This document shows positions 1 through 8,499 of a DNA stretch of 64,000 nt, piece after piece. How positions within the stretch are numbered: the stretch's first letter is position 1; every line of letters begins with the position of its first letter. The translations under genes and the position numbers were made by a program. This DNA comes from Fidelibacterota bacterium. Its GTDB lineage: Bacteria; Fidelibacterota; Marinisomatia; Marinisomatales; Marinisomataceae. Where the stretch lies: the NCBI GenBank assembly GCA_018672235.1, contig JABHGE010000023.1:915-64914 (forward strand), given 5' to 3'. The notes under the pieces are model-generated. The model was not told where the DNA came from. It did not search any database and was given only the letters and a program-made list of their open reading frames with translations.

Positions 1-401
1 TTAATTATATCTCCAGAGTTGCACTCTATTTTTTCATTGTTAATAATATCTGTTGCTACCGTAGTAAGAGGGATATTTAGCTCTTCAAAGGTAGTGATAT
101 TAGTAAGTCTCTTAAATTTTTTTATTACTTCATTACCGTTCATTACTGCTAATTTTGGATAAATAGGATCGAGTTTAAATAAAACATCTCTTATAAAGCT
201 ATTTTTGCTTCTTATTTCTTCTTCAAATTGATTCAGTTTTCCAGACGCATATAAAGCGCCTATAAATGATCCAATACTAGTCCCAGATATAAAATCAATA
301 GGAATTTTTAATTCATCAATAGCTTTGAGTACGCCAATATGTGCATATCCTCGTGCAGCACCACCACCAAGAGCTATACCTATTTTATAATTTTCTTTCA
401 T
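1..401 (-). CDS. Patatin-like phospholipase (partial; runs off window start)
   Basis: Hand-translated from ATG at 401: MKENYKIGIALGGGAARGYAHIGVLKAIDELKIPIDFISGTSIGSFIGALYA... It has the patatin GGGxRG oxyanion loop and the GTSIG nucleophile motif. Not in the ORF track. Confidence 0.9.
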   Translation of the reverse strand, partial: MKENYKIGIALGGGAARGYAHIGVLKAIDELKIPIDFISGTSIGSFIGALYASGKLNQFEEEIRSKNSFIRDVLFKLDPIYPKLAVMNGNEVIKKFKRLTNITTFEELNIPLTTVATDIINNEKIECNSGDII

Positions 402-461
402 AGTTTTTTTCGTTATAATATGTGAATCTATATTTTAATTAACAAAGAAGGAATATTTACT

Positions 462-2336
462 ATGTATTTTAGACTAATTATTTTTTATCTTTTTATCCTT
501 ATGGCTTGTGCTGAAAACAATAACTCATCAAATTTAGAAATACCTTTAAGATCTGAAATTGATTCAAAATATAAATGGGATTTAACAGCGGTATATGAAA
601 CAGATGCTGCATGGGAGCTCGACCTAGAAGAGCTTAAAAAGCTTTATCCTAAAATGGCAGATTATAAAGGTAGACTACTTTCAAATCCTGAAACTCTATT
701 AAGTTCAATAGAGTTGAGTGAAAATATTAATCAATATTTTGGAAAATTATATCATTATGCATCAAATTCATTGAATGCAGATTTAACAAATGAAAAATAC
801 CAAGAAATGGTACAAAGGGTAAGAAATGTAGCTATAAAATCTGGAGAAGTAACAGCATATTATACTCCTGAAATGCTCATGTCTGATTACAGTGTATTGG
901 AAGGATATATGCAAAAAGAGCCGAAGTTGAGAGTCTATGAAAAAGATTTTAAAGATATGTATATTGCTAAGCCATATATATTGTCAGAGAAAGAAGAGAG
1001 AATCTTAACAATGGCTGGGAAACTATCAGGAGTCCCTAATGAAGCTTACGACATAATGAGGGCTACAGATTTCAAATGGGGAACATTCGAAGATGAGAAC
1101 GGGAATAATCTCACAATGTCTCCTGGAAGATATGGTAAATACACTAAGTCAACCGACAGAAGAGTTAGAGAAGATATGTATAAAGCTTTATATGTCCCTT
1201 TTAAGAATTCATTAAATACAACTTCAGTATTGATGAAAGGTAATATAGAGGGCCATATTTTCTATGCTAAAGCGCGAGGATATGAAAATACCTTAGAAGC
1301 AAAAATGAAAGGGTCTGGAATATCCACAGATATATACAAAAACTTAATTAAAAGCGTAAATAACAATCTTCAACCCTTGCATAGGTGGGCAGAACTTAAA
1401 GCCGAACTCCTTGGTGTAGATAAAATAAAACCATTTGATACATATGCTCCTCTTGCAGACTTTTCAAGAGAATATACATATGAGGAAGGTCAACAGATGG
1501 TGTTAGAAGCCTTACAACCATTGTTGCAGGCTAATGATGGAGAGTTACAAAAGTTTACAGAGAAGATGTATAACGAAAATTTAATTGATGTATTCGAGAA
1601 TAAAGGAAAAGAAAGTGGTGCATATATGTCATCTACTTGGGACTTACCTCCAAGAATTAAGCTAAATTTTTCTGGTACTTTAGACGATGTCTTTACATTA
1701 GCTCATGAATTAGGTCATGCCTATCATTCTTACTTGAGTCAAAAAAATCAGCCATATCCATATTATGGGTACGATACATTCAATGCAGAGGTTGCATCGG
1801 TAACTACCGAGTCTCTACTTATGGACTATTTGTTAGCTAATGTAGAAAATGATGCAGAAAAAGCTGTTTTACTTCAAAATTATATTCAAAATATTGGATC
1901 GACATACTATAGACAGACACGCTTTGCAGAATTTGAATTACTGATGCATGAGGCGGCAGAAGATGGTCAGATTTTAACTGAAGATTTTCTAACAACTAGT
2001 TTTGGTGAGATGTATAGTAGATATTGGGGCCCAAGTATGGAAATAACAGAAGAAGAAGCATATTCTTGGTCACGTATACCTCATTTTTACTATAACTATT
2101 ACATGTATGCATATGCGACATCATTTGCTGCGGGAGAGAAAATTTCTGAACGAGTACAGAATGAAGGTCAAGCTGGAATTGACGGCTTTATTACATTTCT
2201 ATCTAGTGGTAGTTCAGATTATCCTGTAGAGCTGCTTAATTTAGCAGGTGTTGATATGACGACATCTGAACCTTTTGAAGCTGTATCTAGAAAAATGAAC
2301 TTCTTGATGGATGAACTAGAAAGTATTTTAAAATAA
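462..2336 (+). CDS. pepF: Oligoendopeptidase F (M3B) with lipoprotein-type signal peptide
   Basis: HELGH zinc motif, FNAEVAS, WSRIPHFYYNYYMYAYATS C-terminal signature; N-terminal hydrophobic stretch ending LMAC. Confidence 0.92.
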   Translation: MYFRLIIFYLFILMACAENNNSSNLEIPLRSEIDSKYKWDLTAVYETDAAWELDLEELKKLYPKMADYKGRLLSNPETLLSSIELSENINQYFGKLYHYASNSLNADLTNEKYQEMVQRVRNVAIKSGEVTAYYTPEMLMSDYSVLEGYMQKEPKLRVYEKDFKDMYIAKPYILSEKEERILTMAGKLSGVPNEAYDIMRATDFKWGTFEDENGNNLTMSPGRYGKYTKSTDRRVREDMYKALYVPFKNSLNTTSVLMKGNIEGHIFYAKARGYENTLEAKMKGSGISTDIYKNLIKSVNNNLQPLHRWAELKAELLGVDKIKPFDTYAPLADFSREYTYEEGQQMVLEALQPLLQANDGELQKFTEKMYNENLIDVFENKGKESGAYMSSTWDLPPRIKLNFSGTLDDVFTLAHELGHAYHSYLSQKNQPYPYYGYDTFNAEVASVTTESLLMDYLLANVENDAEKAVLLQNYIQNIGSTYYRQTRFAEFELLMHEAAEDGQILTEDFLTTSFGEMYSRYWGPSMEITEEEAYSWSRIPHFYYNYYMYAYATSFAAGEKISERVQNEGQAGIDGFITFLSSGSSDYPVELLNLAGVDMTTSEPFEAVSRKMNFLMDELESILK

Positions 2337-2338
2337 TT

Positions 2339-2851
2339 TTGAAGTTGAATAAGAAAATAAGACAAATTCATTATTGGATTTCTCCATTTATTATTATTCC
2401 TGTTATGTTAATATTTACAACAGGAGTATTGTTGCAACTGAAGAAACAATCCAATTGGATTCAGCCCAGCATAGATAAGATAAGTAGTAATAAGCCTACT
2501 ATGCTTACAAGTTATTTAGATGCAGCAAAGAGTGTACCTGAGGCGGAGGTCAAGTCATGGGATGATATAGATCGTATCGATATTCGTCCAGATAAAGGAA
2601 TTGCAAAGATTAGATCAAATAATCATTGGGAAATACAAATAGATAGCAAGACAGCAGAAGTGTTCTCGGTTAAGTATAGAAGGTCAGATATTATTGAATC
2701 TGTGCATGATGGTTCTTTCTTTACAGATTATGTAAAATTTGGATGGTTTTTACCGACTGGAATACTTTTAATCGTTGTTAGCATATCGGGTATTTATATG
2801 TTTTTGTTACCATTGATGCTTAGAAATAAAAGGGGTAGATTAAAAAAATGA
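2339..2851 (+). CDS. PepSY-associated TM helix domain protein
   Basis: RQIHYW N-terminal helix, SVHDGSFF motif, TM helices at both ends flanking a small soluble domain. Confidence 0.7.
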   Translation: MKLNKKIRQIHYWISPFIIIPVMLIFTTGVLLQLKKQSNWIQPSIDKISSNKPTMLTSYLDAAKSVPEAEVKSWDDIDRIDIRPDKGIAKIRSNNHWEIQIDSKTAEVFSVKYRRSDIIESVHDGSFFTDYVKFGWFLPTGILLIVVSISGIYMFLLPLMLRNKRGRLKK

Positions 2852-3963
2852 AAAAAATCTTTATAATATTGCTATTCAGTGTTTTATTCGGACAGAATCA
2901 AGAGATAGTTAAAAACACACACAATGTTTCTCTTGTAGTTACATCAAATGTATTTGCAGAATATTATGACTGCGGATGTCCAAAAGCTCCACTGGGAGGT
3001 CTTGCGAGAAAGGCGTTCTTTTTTAAAAATATGATGTCAGAAAGAGACCCTCTTCTTGTAGATGCAGGAAATACATTTTTTTCACATGGAGCTATTAATC
3101 CTGACGGTTTAAGAGTAAATAATAAAAAATATAAAGCTAAAAACTTCGTCAGTGCTCTTGAGCTTATTGGCTATGAGGTTGTAAATATTGGATCAAATGA
3201 TTTTAAGCTAGGAGAAGTTTTCCTTAAAGAGATTACTTCAGGGTCATCAATAAATTTTCTATCAGCAAATTTGTATGATAAAAATACAAATAACTTATTA
3301 TTTGAGCCTTACCATATAACAGAAGAAGATGGGGTTAAAATTGGATTTATAGGTTTAAGCGAAGCTACTAGATATGAATCTATTATAAATAAAAACTTTA
3401 TATCAGAGGGTAGTAGGTATATCGATATAGTAAAGCCAGAGGTAGATATTGTCATTTTATTGGTAGATATTAGTTCAAGTAATGGAGTAGATCTTTCCAA
3501 TGCGTTTCCTGAGGCAGATTATATTTTTCTAAGTGGAGTGACCAAAAGAACTGAGCCTAGAAGTAAACAGGCTCAAGATGGACCACCAGTATATTCTACT
3601 GGTATCCAAGGAAAGCACTTAAGTATTGTTGATATAAGGATAAAAGACTTAAATAGCGCAGTAAAAGATGTCTCAGCGCCATTTAGTCGCCTTCAAGAGA
3701 TAGACTTCCGCCTAAAGCAAATGCAGGCCAAAGATCCATCGAAAACATTGGAAGAAATTTACGCTAACCAACCTAATGTAATTAGCTTGGTGACAAAGTA
3801 TCAAAAAGAAGCATTTGAATTAGGCCAATCTTTAGCAAAGTATGGAGATCGTAGTATATTTTTTAGCGTACCTTTATCACCAGGAATTCCAGACGATAAA
3901 GATGTTGCAGCATTGATTGAGAAGATAGCAAGCAATGCAGATTTTTCTTTTGAAAAACCATAA
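2848..3963 (+). CDS. Exported UshA-like/5'-nucleotidase-fold metallophosphoesterase with CxC motif
   Basis: Signal peptide; YDCGCP..PLGGLARK, LLVDAGNTF, VNIGSNDF, FLSANL, VKIGFIGL motifs typical of the UshA N-terminal fold. Confidence 0.7.
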   Translation: MKKIFIILLFSVLFGQNQEIVKNTHNVSLVVTSNVFAEYYDCGCPKAPLGGLARKAFFFKNMMSERDPLLVDAGNTFFSHGAINPDGLRVNNKKYKAKNFVSALELIGYEVVNIGSNDFKLGEVFLKEITSGSSINFLSANLYDKNTNNLLFEPYHITEEDGVKIGFIGLSEATRYESIINKNFISEGSRYIDIVKPEVDIVILLVDISSSNGVDLSNAFPEADYIFLSGVTKRTEPRSKQAQDGPPVYSTGIQGKHLSIVDIRIKDLNSAVKDVSAPFSRLQEIDFRLKQMQAKDPSKTLEEIYANQPNVISLVTKYQKEAFELGQSLAKYGDRSIFFSVPLSPGIPDDKDVAALIEKIASNADFSFEKP

Positions 3964-3988
3964 TTTTGTTTTATTATGCACCACACAT

Positions 3989-4061
3989 GCGAGTGTAGCT
4001 CAGCTGGTAGAGCACAACCTTGCCAAGGTTGGGGTCGCGCGTTCGAATCGCGTCACTCGCT
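3989..4061 (+). tRNA. tRNA-Gly (anticodon GCC)
   Basis: Cloverleaf: acceptor GCGAGTG/CACTCGC, D arm GCTC/GAGC, anticodon arm CAACC-TTGCCAA-GGTTG, T loop TTCGAAT; CCA not encoded. Confidence 0.97.
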
Positions 4062-4549
4062 CAATTCTTAATCCAATTTAAAAAACTATCTATTATTCTC
4101 TTGTGAACAATCATTGAGCTAGTCTTTAGACGCTGTTCTCTTGTTTCGAAATACCAATCTAATATGTTACTATCTATGTGTTTCATCATAATACCAGATC
4201 CATATCTTTTAACAATAATTTCTTGAAACTTGGATAAGTGGTAGTTTTGAAGCTTCATAGAGCTTGTTTTAGGAGGTTTTGTTGTAAAATGTATCATCTT
4301 ATGCTTTAAGTAGGTTTTAATAGCACTATTTAGCTGCATTTCTTGTTTACCACCTTTTTTAATAGCAAAAACACGATCAAGTTCTTTTTTTTGCTTTAAG
4401 CAGTCATCCCAGGTTAGGGTAGGGCCAATTTTGCCTAAAGTTATATTAAAATATCTTTTTTTATTTTTTAAGGGATCGTATGCATAAATCGAATACATTA
4501 CATATCCGTCATTTTTTCCATTTCTTTTTCGTTTATAAATACTACTCAT
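4061..4549 (-). mobile_element. Tyrosine-integrase N-terminal part only (arm-binding-like plus core-binding/SAM-like domains), no catalytic domain
   Basis: MSSIYKRKRNG start; helical region LNSAIKTYLKHK...HIDSNILDWYF...SMIVHKRIIDSFLNWI resembles the integrase core-binding domain. No R-H-R-H-Y catalytic residues. The stop codon touches the tRNA-Gly 3' end. Confidence 0.6.
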
Positions 4550-4693
4550 AATTATATTTTCTCTTTAAGTTTTGGTATAAATATGCTACAAAAAAACTTA
4601 ACACACAATTCTTATACACACAATGTTGAAAACTTTGTATATTTAACAATATTTAAATTTAACGAAATAATACTAAAATAATAGAACTTTTTT

Positions 4694-5149
4694 ATGAGCG
4701 AAAATATAGAAATTATCAGTAATAATAGAAAAGCTTTTCATAGCTATACGATTATCGATCGGTATGAAGCTGGGATGATTCTCCTCGGTAGCGAGGTTAA
4801 AAGTTTGAGGGAAAAAAAACTGAATCTAAAGGATAGTTTTGTTTCGATTAAAGATGGAAAAGTATGGTTAATTGGAGCACATATTAGCTCATATTCACAT
4901 ACTGGTTTTGCAGGTCATTCTCCGACGAGAAATCGTCAACTACTTCTTCATAAAAAAGAGATGATAAGGGTAAAGAATGTTGTAGCCCAGAAAGGATTGA
5001 CTATTGTCCCCTTAAAGGCTTATTTTAAGGGGGGCATAGCAAAAATTGAGTTTGCTACAGCCAAAGGTAAAAAAACATATCAGAAAAAAGACGCTTTAAA
5101 AATGAAAGATTTAGATAGAGAAGCCCGACGAGAAATGAGTAAAAAATAA
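4694..5149 (+). CDS. smpB: SsrA-binding protein SmpB
   Basis: NRKAFHSY, EAGMILLGSEVKSLR, RQLLLHKKE, KGKKTYQKK motifs. Confidence 0.97.
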   Translation: MSENIEIISNNRKAFHSYTIIDRYEAGMILLGSEVKSLREKKLNLKDSFVSIKDGKVWLIGAHISSYSHTGFAGHSPTRNRQLLLHKKEMIRVKNVVAQKGLTIVPLKAYFKGGIAKIEFATAKGKKTYQKKDALKMKDLDREARREMSKK

Positions 5150-6360
5150 TGCCATTTTTACCAGTAGATGATCAGTTAGAAATTATATCTAAAGGAACAG
5201 AAGAGGTGATTCCACTTCAAGATCTTAGGCATAAGCTAGAATTTTCTATTAAAAACAACAAACCTCTCGTCATAAAACTAGGATGCGATCCCAGTAGACC
5301 AGATCTACACATTGGACATAGTGTTGTTCTTCAAAAGTTAAGAGACTTTCAAGATCTAGGGCATCAAGCTATCCTTGTAATTGGTGATTTCACAGCAATG
5401 ATTGGCGATCCTTCTGAGCGTAACAAAACACGTCCGCAGCTCACGCTAGAAGAGGCAAAAAGTAACGCAGAATCATATATTGAACAATCTAAGGTTATAC
5501 TTGATGTAAAAACCCTTAAAGTCTTATTTAATAGTACTTGGCTAAATAAAATGAACTTTTCTGATGTAATAAAAATGAGTAGTAAGTATACGGTTGCTCG
5601 CATGATTGAGCGAGATGATTTTACAAAACGCTTTGAATCTAAAATTCCTATTTCAATGCATGAATTTTTATATCCCTTAGCACAAGCAATGGATTCTGTG
5701 GAAATTAGATCTGATGTAGAATTGGGTGGAACTGATCAAAAATTTAATTTATTAGTTGGTAGAGATCTACAACGCGAGTATGATCAAGAACCTCAATCTA
5801 TCATTACGCTACCCCTGTTAGAGGGTACCGATGGAGTAGAGAAGATGTCAAAGTCGTATGATAATTATATTGCGTTGGATGATTCTCCTGAGGATATGTA
5901 TGGTAAATTAATGTCTATTAAGGATTCCATGATCTGTAAGTATTACAAATTGGCTGTATTTGCCGACAAAGAAAAAGTTTTATCTGTAGAAAATCAACTT
6001 AAAGATATATCTATAAACCCAAGAGATATAAAAAGAGATTTAGCTAAAGATTTAGTTGCGCGTTACTACGACAAAGATATGGCACTCAAAGCTGAACAAG
6101 CATTTGATCAGATATTTGTCAAGAAGTCTATTCCAGATGATATTTCTGTATTTATACTGGAAGAAGACTCTACTATCCTTCAAGTCTTGATGTCAGAGAG
6201 CTTGATTAAAAGTAAGGCAGAAGGTAAGCGTCTAATAGGTCAAAATGCTATAAAGATAGACGGAGAGGTTTGCTCTGATCCAGGTCATATTTTTAGTAAA
6301 GGATCTGGAGACTTGATAGTAAAGGTTGGTAAGAGAAGATTTCTGAAAATTTCAGGATAA
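5149..6360 (+). CDS. tyrS: Tyrosine--tRNA ligase
   Basis: GCDPSRPDLHIGH (HIGH), KMSKS, C-terminal S4 domain ending KVGKRRF. Confidence 0.97.
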   Translation: MPFLPVDDQLEIISKGTEEVIPLQDLRHKLEFSIKNNKPLVIKLGCDPSRPDLHIGHSVVLQKLRDFQDLGHQAILVIGDFTAMIGDPSERNKTRPQLTLEEAKSNAESYIEQSKVILDVKTLKVLFNSTWLNKMNFSDVIKMSSKYTVARMIERDDFTKRFESKIPISMHEFLYPLAQAMDSVEIRSDVELGGTDQKFNLLVGRDLQREYDQEPQSIITLPLLEGTDGVEKMSKSYDNYIALDDSPEDMYGKLMSIKDSMICKYYKLAVFADKEKVLSVENQLKDISINPRDIKRDLAKDLVARYYDKDMALKAEQAFDQIFVKKSIPDDISVFILEEDSTILQVLMSESLIKSKAEGKRLIGQNAIKIDGEVCSDPGHIFSKGSGDLIVKVGKRRFLKISG

Positions 6361-6457
6361 TATCTCTCGGAAAAATGATTTAACTTATTTTTTTGTTACT
6401 CAAATTCAATTATTCTTATAAATTCCATGGTAATTATTAATATGATTTGGAAAACTT

Positions 6458-6793
6458 ATGTCTGAAAAAATTATCAAAATAACAGATCAAAACTTTGAAG
6501 AGCTTGTAATTAAAGCAGAAAAGCTTGTAATTGTAGACTTTTGGGCTGAATGGTGCGGTCCATGTAAAGCTATAGCACCCATTTTAGATAAAATTTCTGA
6601 TGAATTTAGCGATAACGTCCTTATAGGTAAGGTAAATGTCGATGAAGTCAAAGAAGTGCCGGTAAAATACGGTATTCGCAGCATTCCAACATTATTGTTT
6701 TTTAGCAATGGAGAAATTGTAAGACAAGAGGTTGGACTTCAGTCTGAGAAGGCATTAGTTGATAATATTAACCAAATCATAAAGAAAAGTTAA
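6458..6793 (+). CDS. trxA: Thioredoxin
   Basis: DFWAEWCGPCK, IRSIPTLL. Confidence 0.97.
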   Translation: MSEKIIKITDQNFEELVIKAEKLVIVDFWAEWCGPCKAIAPILDKISDEFSDNVLIGKVNVDEVKEVPVKYGIRSIPTLLFFSNGEIVRQEVGLQSEKALVDNINQIIKKS

Positions 6794-6812
6794 TATTAAA
6801 CAATTAATTTAA

Positions 6813-7748
6813 GTGACAGATAAAACTATTCATAAAACTATCATTATCGGTTCTGGTCCAGCTGGATTAACAGCTGCGATTTATGCTGCTCGTGCTAATT
6901 TGAATCCAATTGTATTTGAAGGGAATCAACCCGGAGGTCAATTGACAATTACTACAGATGTAGAAAATTATCCAGGATTTCCTGACGGTGTTTTAGGTCC
7001 AGACATGATGGATCTATTTCGAAAGCAAGCTCAGAGATTTGGAGCCGAGTGTTTTTATAAATATGTCTCAAAAGTTGATTTTTCCAGCTCCCCATTCAAA
7101 GTTTATGTTCAAGATGAAGAGTATCTTGCTGAGTCAGTAATTATTTCTACTGGCGCATCTGCAAGAATGCTAGGTCTTGAAGCAGAAAAAGAGTTAATGG
7201 GGTATGGAGTCAGTACTTGTGCGACATGTGATGGTTATTTTTTCAAAGATAAAGAAATTGTAGTGGTTGGTGGCGGTGACTCAGCGATGGAAGAAGCAAG
7301 TTTTTTAACAAAATTTGCTAGTAAGGTAACACTTATCCATCGACGAGATGAATTTCGTGCATCTAAAATTATGATTGATAGGGTATTAGATAATCCAAAA
7401 ATTGAGATCATTAAAAATGCAGTAGTAGCTGACATTTTTGGTTCTCAAAAAGATGGAGTTTCTGGTATTTTATTAAAAGATACTATTGACGGAAATGAAA
7501 GAAATTTTGATTGCGAAGGTGTATTCTATGGTATTGGCCATAAGCCAAATACTGATCAATTTAAAGGTATAATTGATTTAGACGACCAAGGATATATCAC
7601 TACCAATCCCGGATCAACCTTAACTAATGTAGCAGGAATTTTTGCTTGTGGTGATGTGCAAGATAGTCATTATAGGCAAGCAATTACAGCAGCTGGTTCT
7701 GGTTGTATGGCAGCAATAGATGCGGAGAAATATTTAGAAGATTTATAG
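6813..7748 (+). CDS. trxB: Thioredoxin-disulfide reductase
   Basis: GSGPAG, CATCDG, GGGDSA, GDVQD..YRQAITAAG; GTG start. Confidence 0.97.
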   Translation: MTDKTIHKTIIIGSGPAGLTAAIYAARANLNPIVFEGNQPGGQLTITTDVENYPGFPDGVLGPDMMDLFRKQAQRFGAECFYKYVSKVDFSSSPFKVYVQDEEYLAESVIISTGASARMLGLEAEKELMGYGVSTCATCDGYFFKDKEIVVVGGGDSAMEEASFLTKFASKVTLIHRRDEFRASKIMIDRVLDNPKIEIIKNAVVADIFGSQKDGVSGILLKDTIDGNERNFDCEGVFYGIGHKPNTDQFKGIIDLDDQGYITTNPGSTLTNVAGIFACGDVQDSHYRQAITAAGSGCMAAIDAEKYLEDL

Positions 7749-7782
7749 AATAGCTTCTCTGTCTTTTTAAGGAGAAAAAAAG

Positions 7783-8499
7783 ATGGAATTAAAACAGATT
7801 TATGATATTAGCGGTCTAAAGCTCAAATTTGGATCAAAAAAGGCTTTAGAGATAAACACCTTAAAGTTTCACAATGGATTAATTTATGGTGTATGCGGTA
7901 ATTTTGGATCAGGAAAATCATCTCTAATGAAAGTCCTTTCAGGACTACAAAAAGAATCAAAAGGAGATGTTCTTTATCAAGGAAGTCCTTTCAAAACTAG
8001 CTTCTTTGGAAATATCAAAAAGCATAAAGAAATTCAATACATTCACGTAGACATGTTCAATGACTTTTCCAGCTATTTAAAGAGAAATTCTACAGTTGAG
8101 CAATTTTTAAAAGGAATGTTTTCTGCTAAGATAAACCAAATTCGTACACGGCATTTTAAGCATTTTAGCCTAGAGCATCTTTGGAAAACACCTATAAATA
8201 AGTTATCCGACGGTGAAAAACATTGGTTAAAAATTGTTGTAGGGGTAGAAAAAGATCCTAGAGTGTTAATCGTAGATGACTATGGTCTTCATCTAGATCC
8301 TAAGAATGAGATGATTTTGCGCAAAAAAATAATGAAGATGAACAATATTTTAGGAACTACTATTATTTTATCTTCAACGAGTGATTATTTTGTGAAACAA
8401 TTTGCAAATGTGGTCATATATTTAGATAACGGACATGTATCGAAAGTCAGAAAAGGATATAAGCGTAATAGCTTCAACAAGCATAAAAGCAAAAAATAA
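7783..8499 (+). CDS. ABC-type ATP-binding domain protein, degenerate motifs
   Basis: Walker A GNFGSGKSS; signature LSDGE; Walker B LIVDD; no H-loop His. Confidence 0.7.
   Translation: MELKQIYDISGLKLKFGSKKALEINTLKFHNGLIYGVCGNFGSGKSSLMKVLSGLQKESKGDVLYQGSPFKTSFFGNIKKHKEIQYIHVDMFNDFSSYLKRNSTVEQFLKGMFSAKINQIRTRHFKHFSLEHLWKTPINKLSDGEKHWLKIVVGVEKDPRVLIVDDYGLHLDPKNEMILRKKIMKMNNILGTTIILSSTSDYFVKQFANVVIYLDNGHVSKVRKGYKRNSFNKHKSKK

Noticed and set aside
2917-2928. 12-bp match ACACACAATGTT shared with 4616-4627 as a possible element boundary
   Set aside because: It lies inside a coding region (KNTHNV), and a 12-mer match is plausible by chance in 64 kb of AT-rich DNA.
2966-2982. Selenocysteine recoding in the DCGC motif
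   Set aside because: The codons are TGC and TGT and the ORF has no in-frame TGA.
3801-3986. Minus-strand ORF beyond tRNA-Gly as the possible missing integrase catalytic half
   Set aside because: Only 61 aa, antisense to the UshA-like gene, with no R/H-x-x-R/Y catalytic residues.
4550-4693. Replication origin in this AT-rich gap
   Set aside because: Only one consensus DnaA box, the region is short, and no dnaA/dnaN-type context is present.
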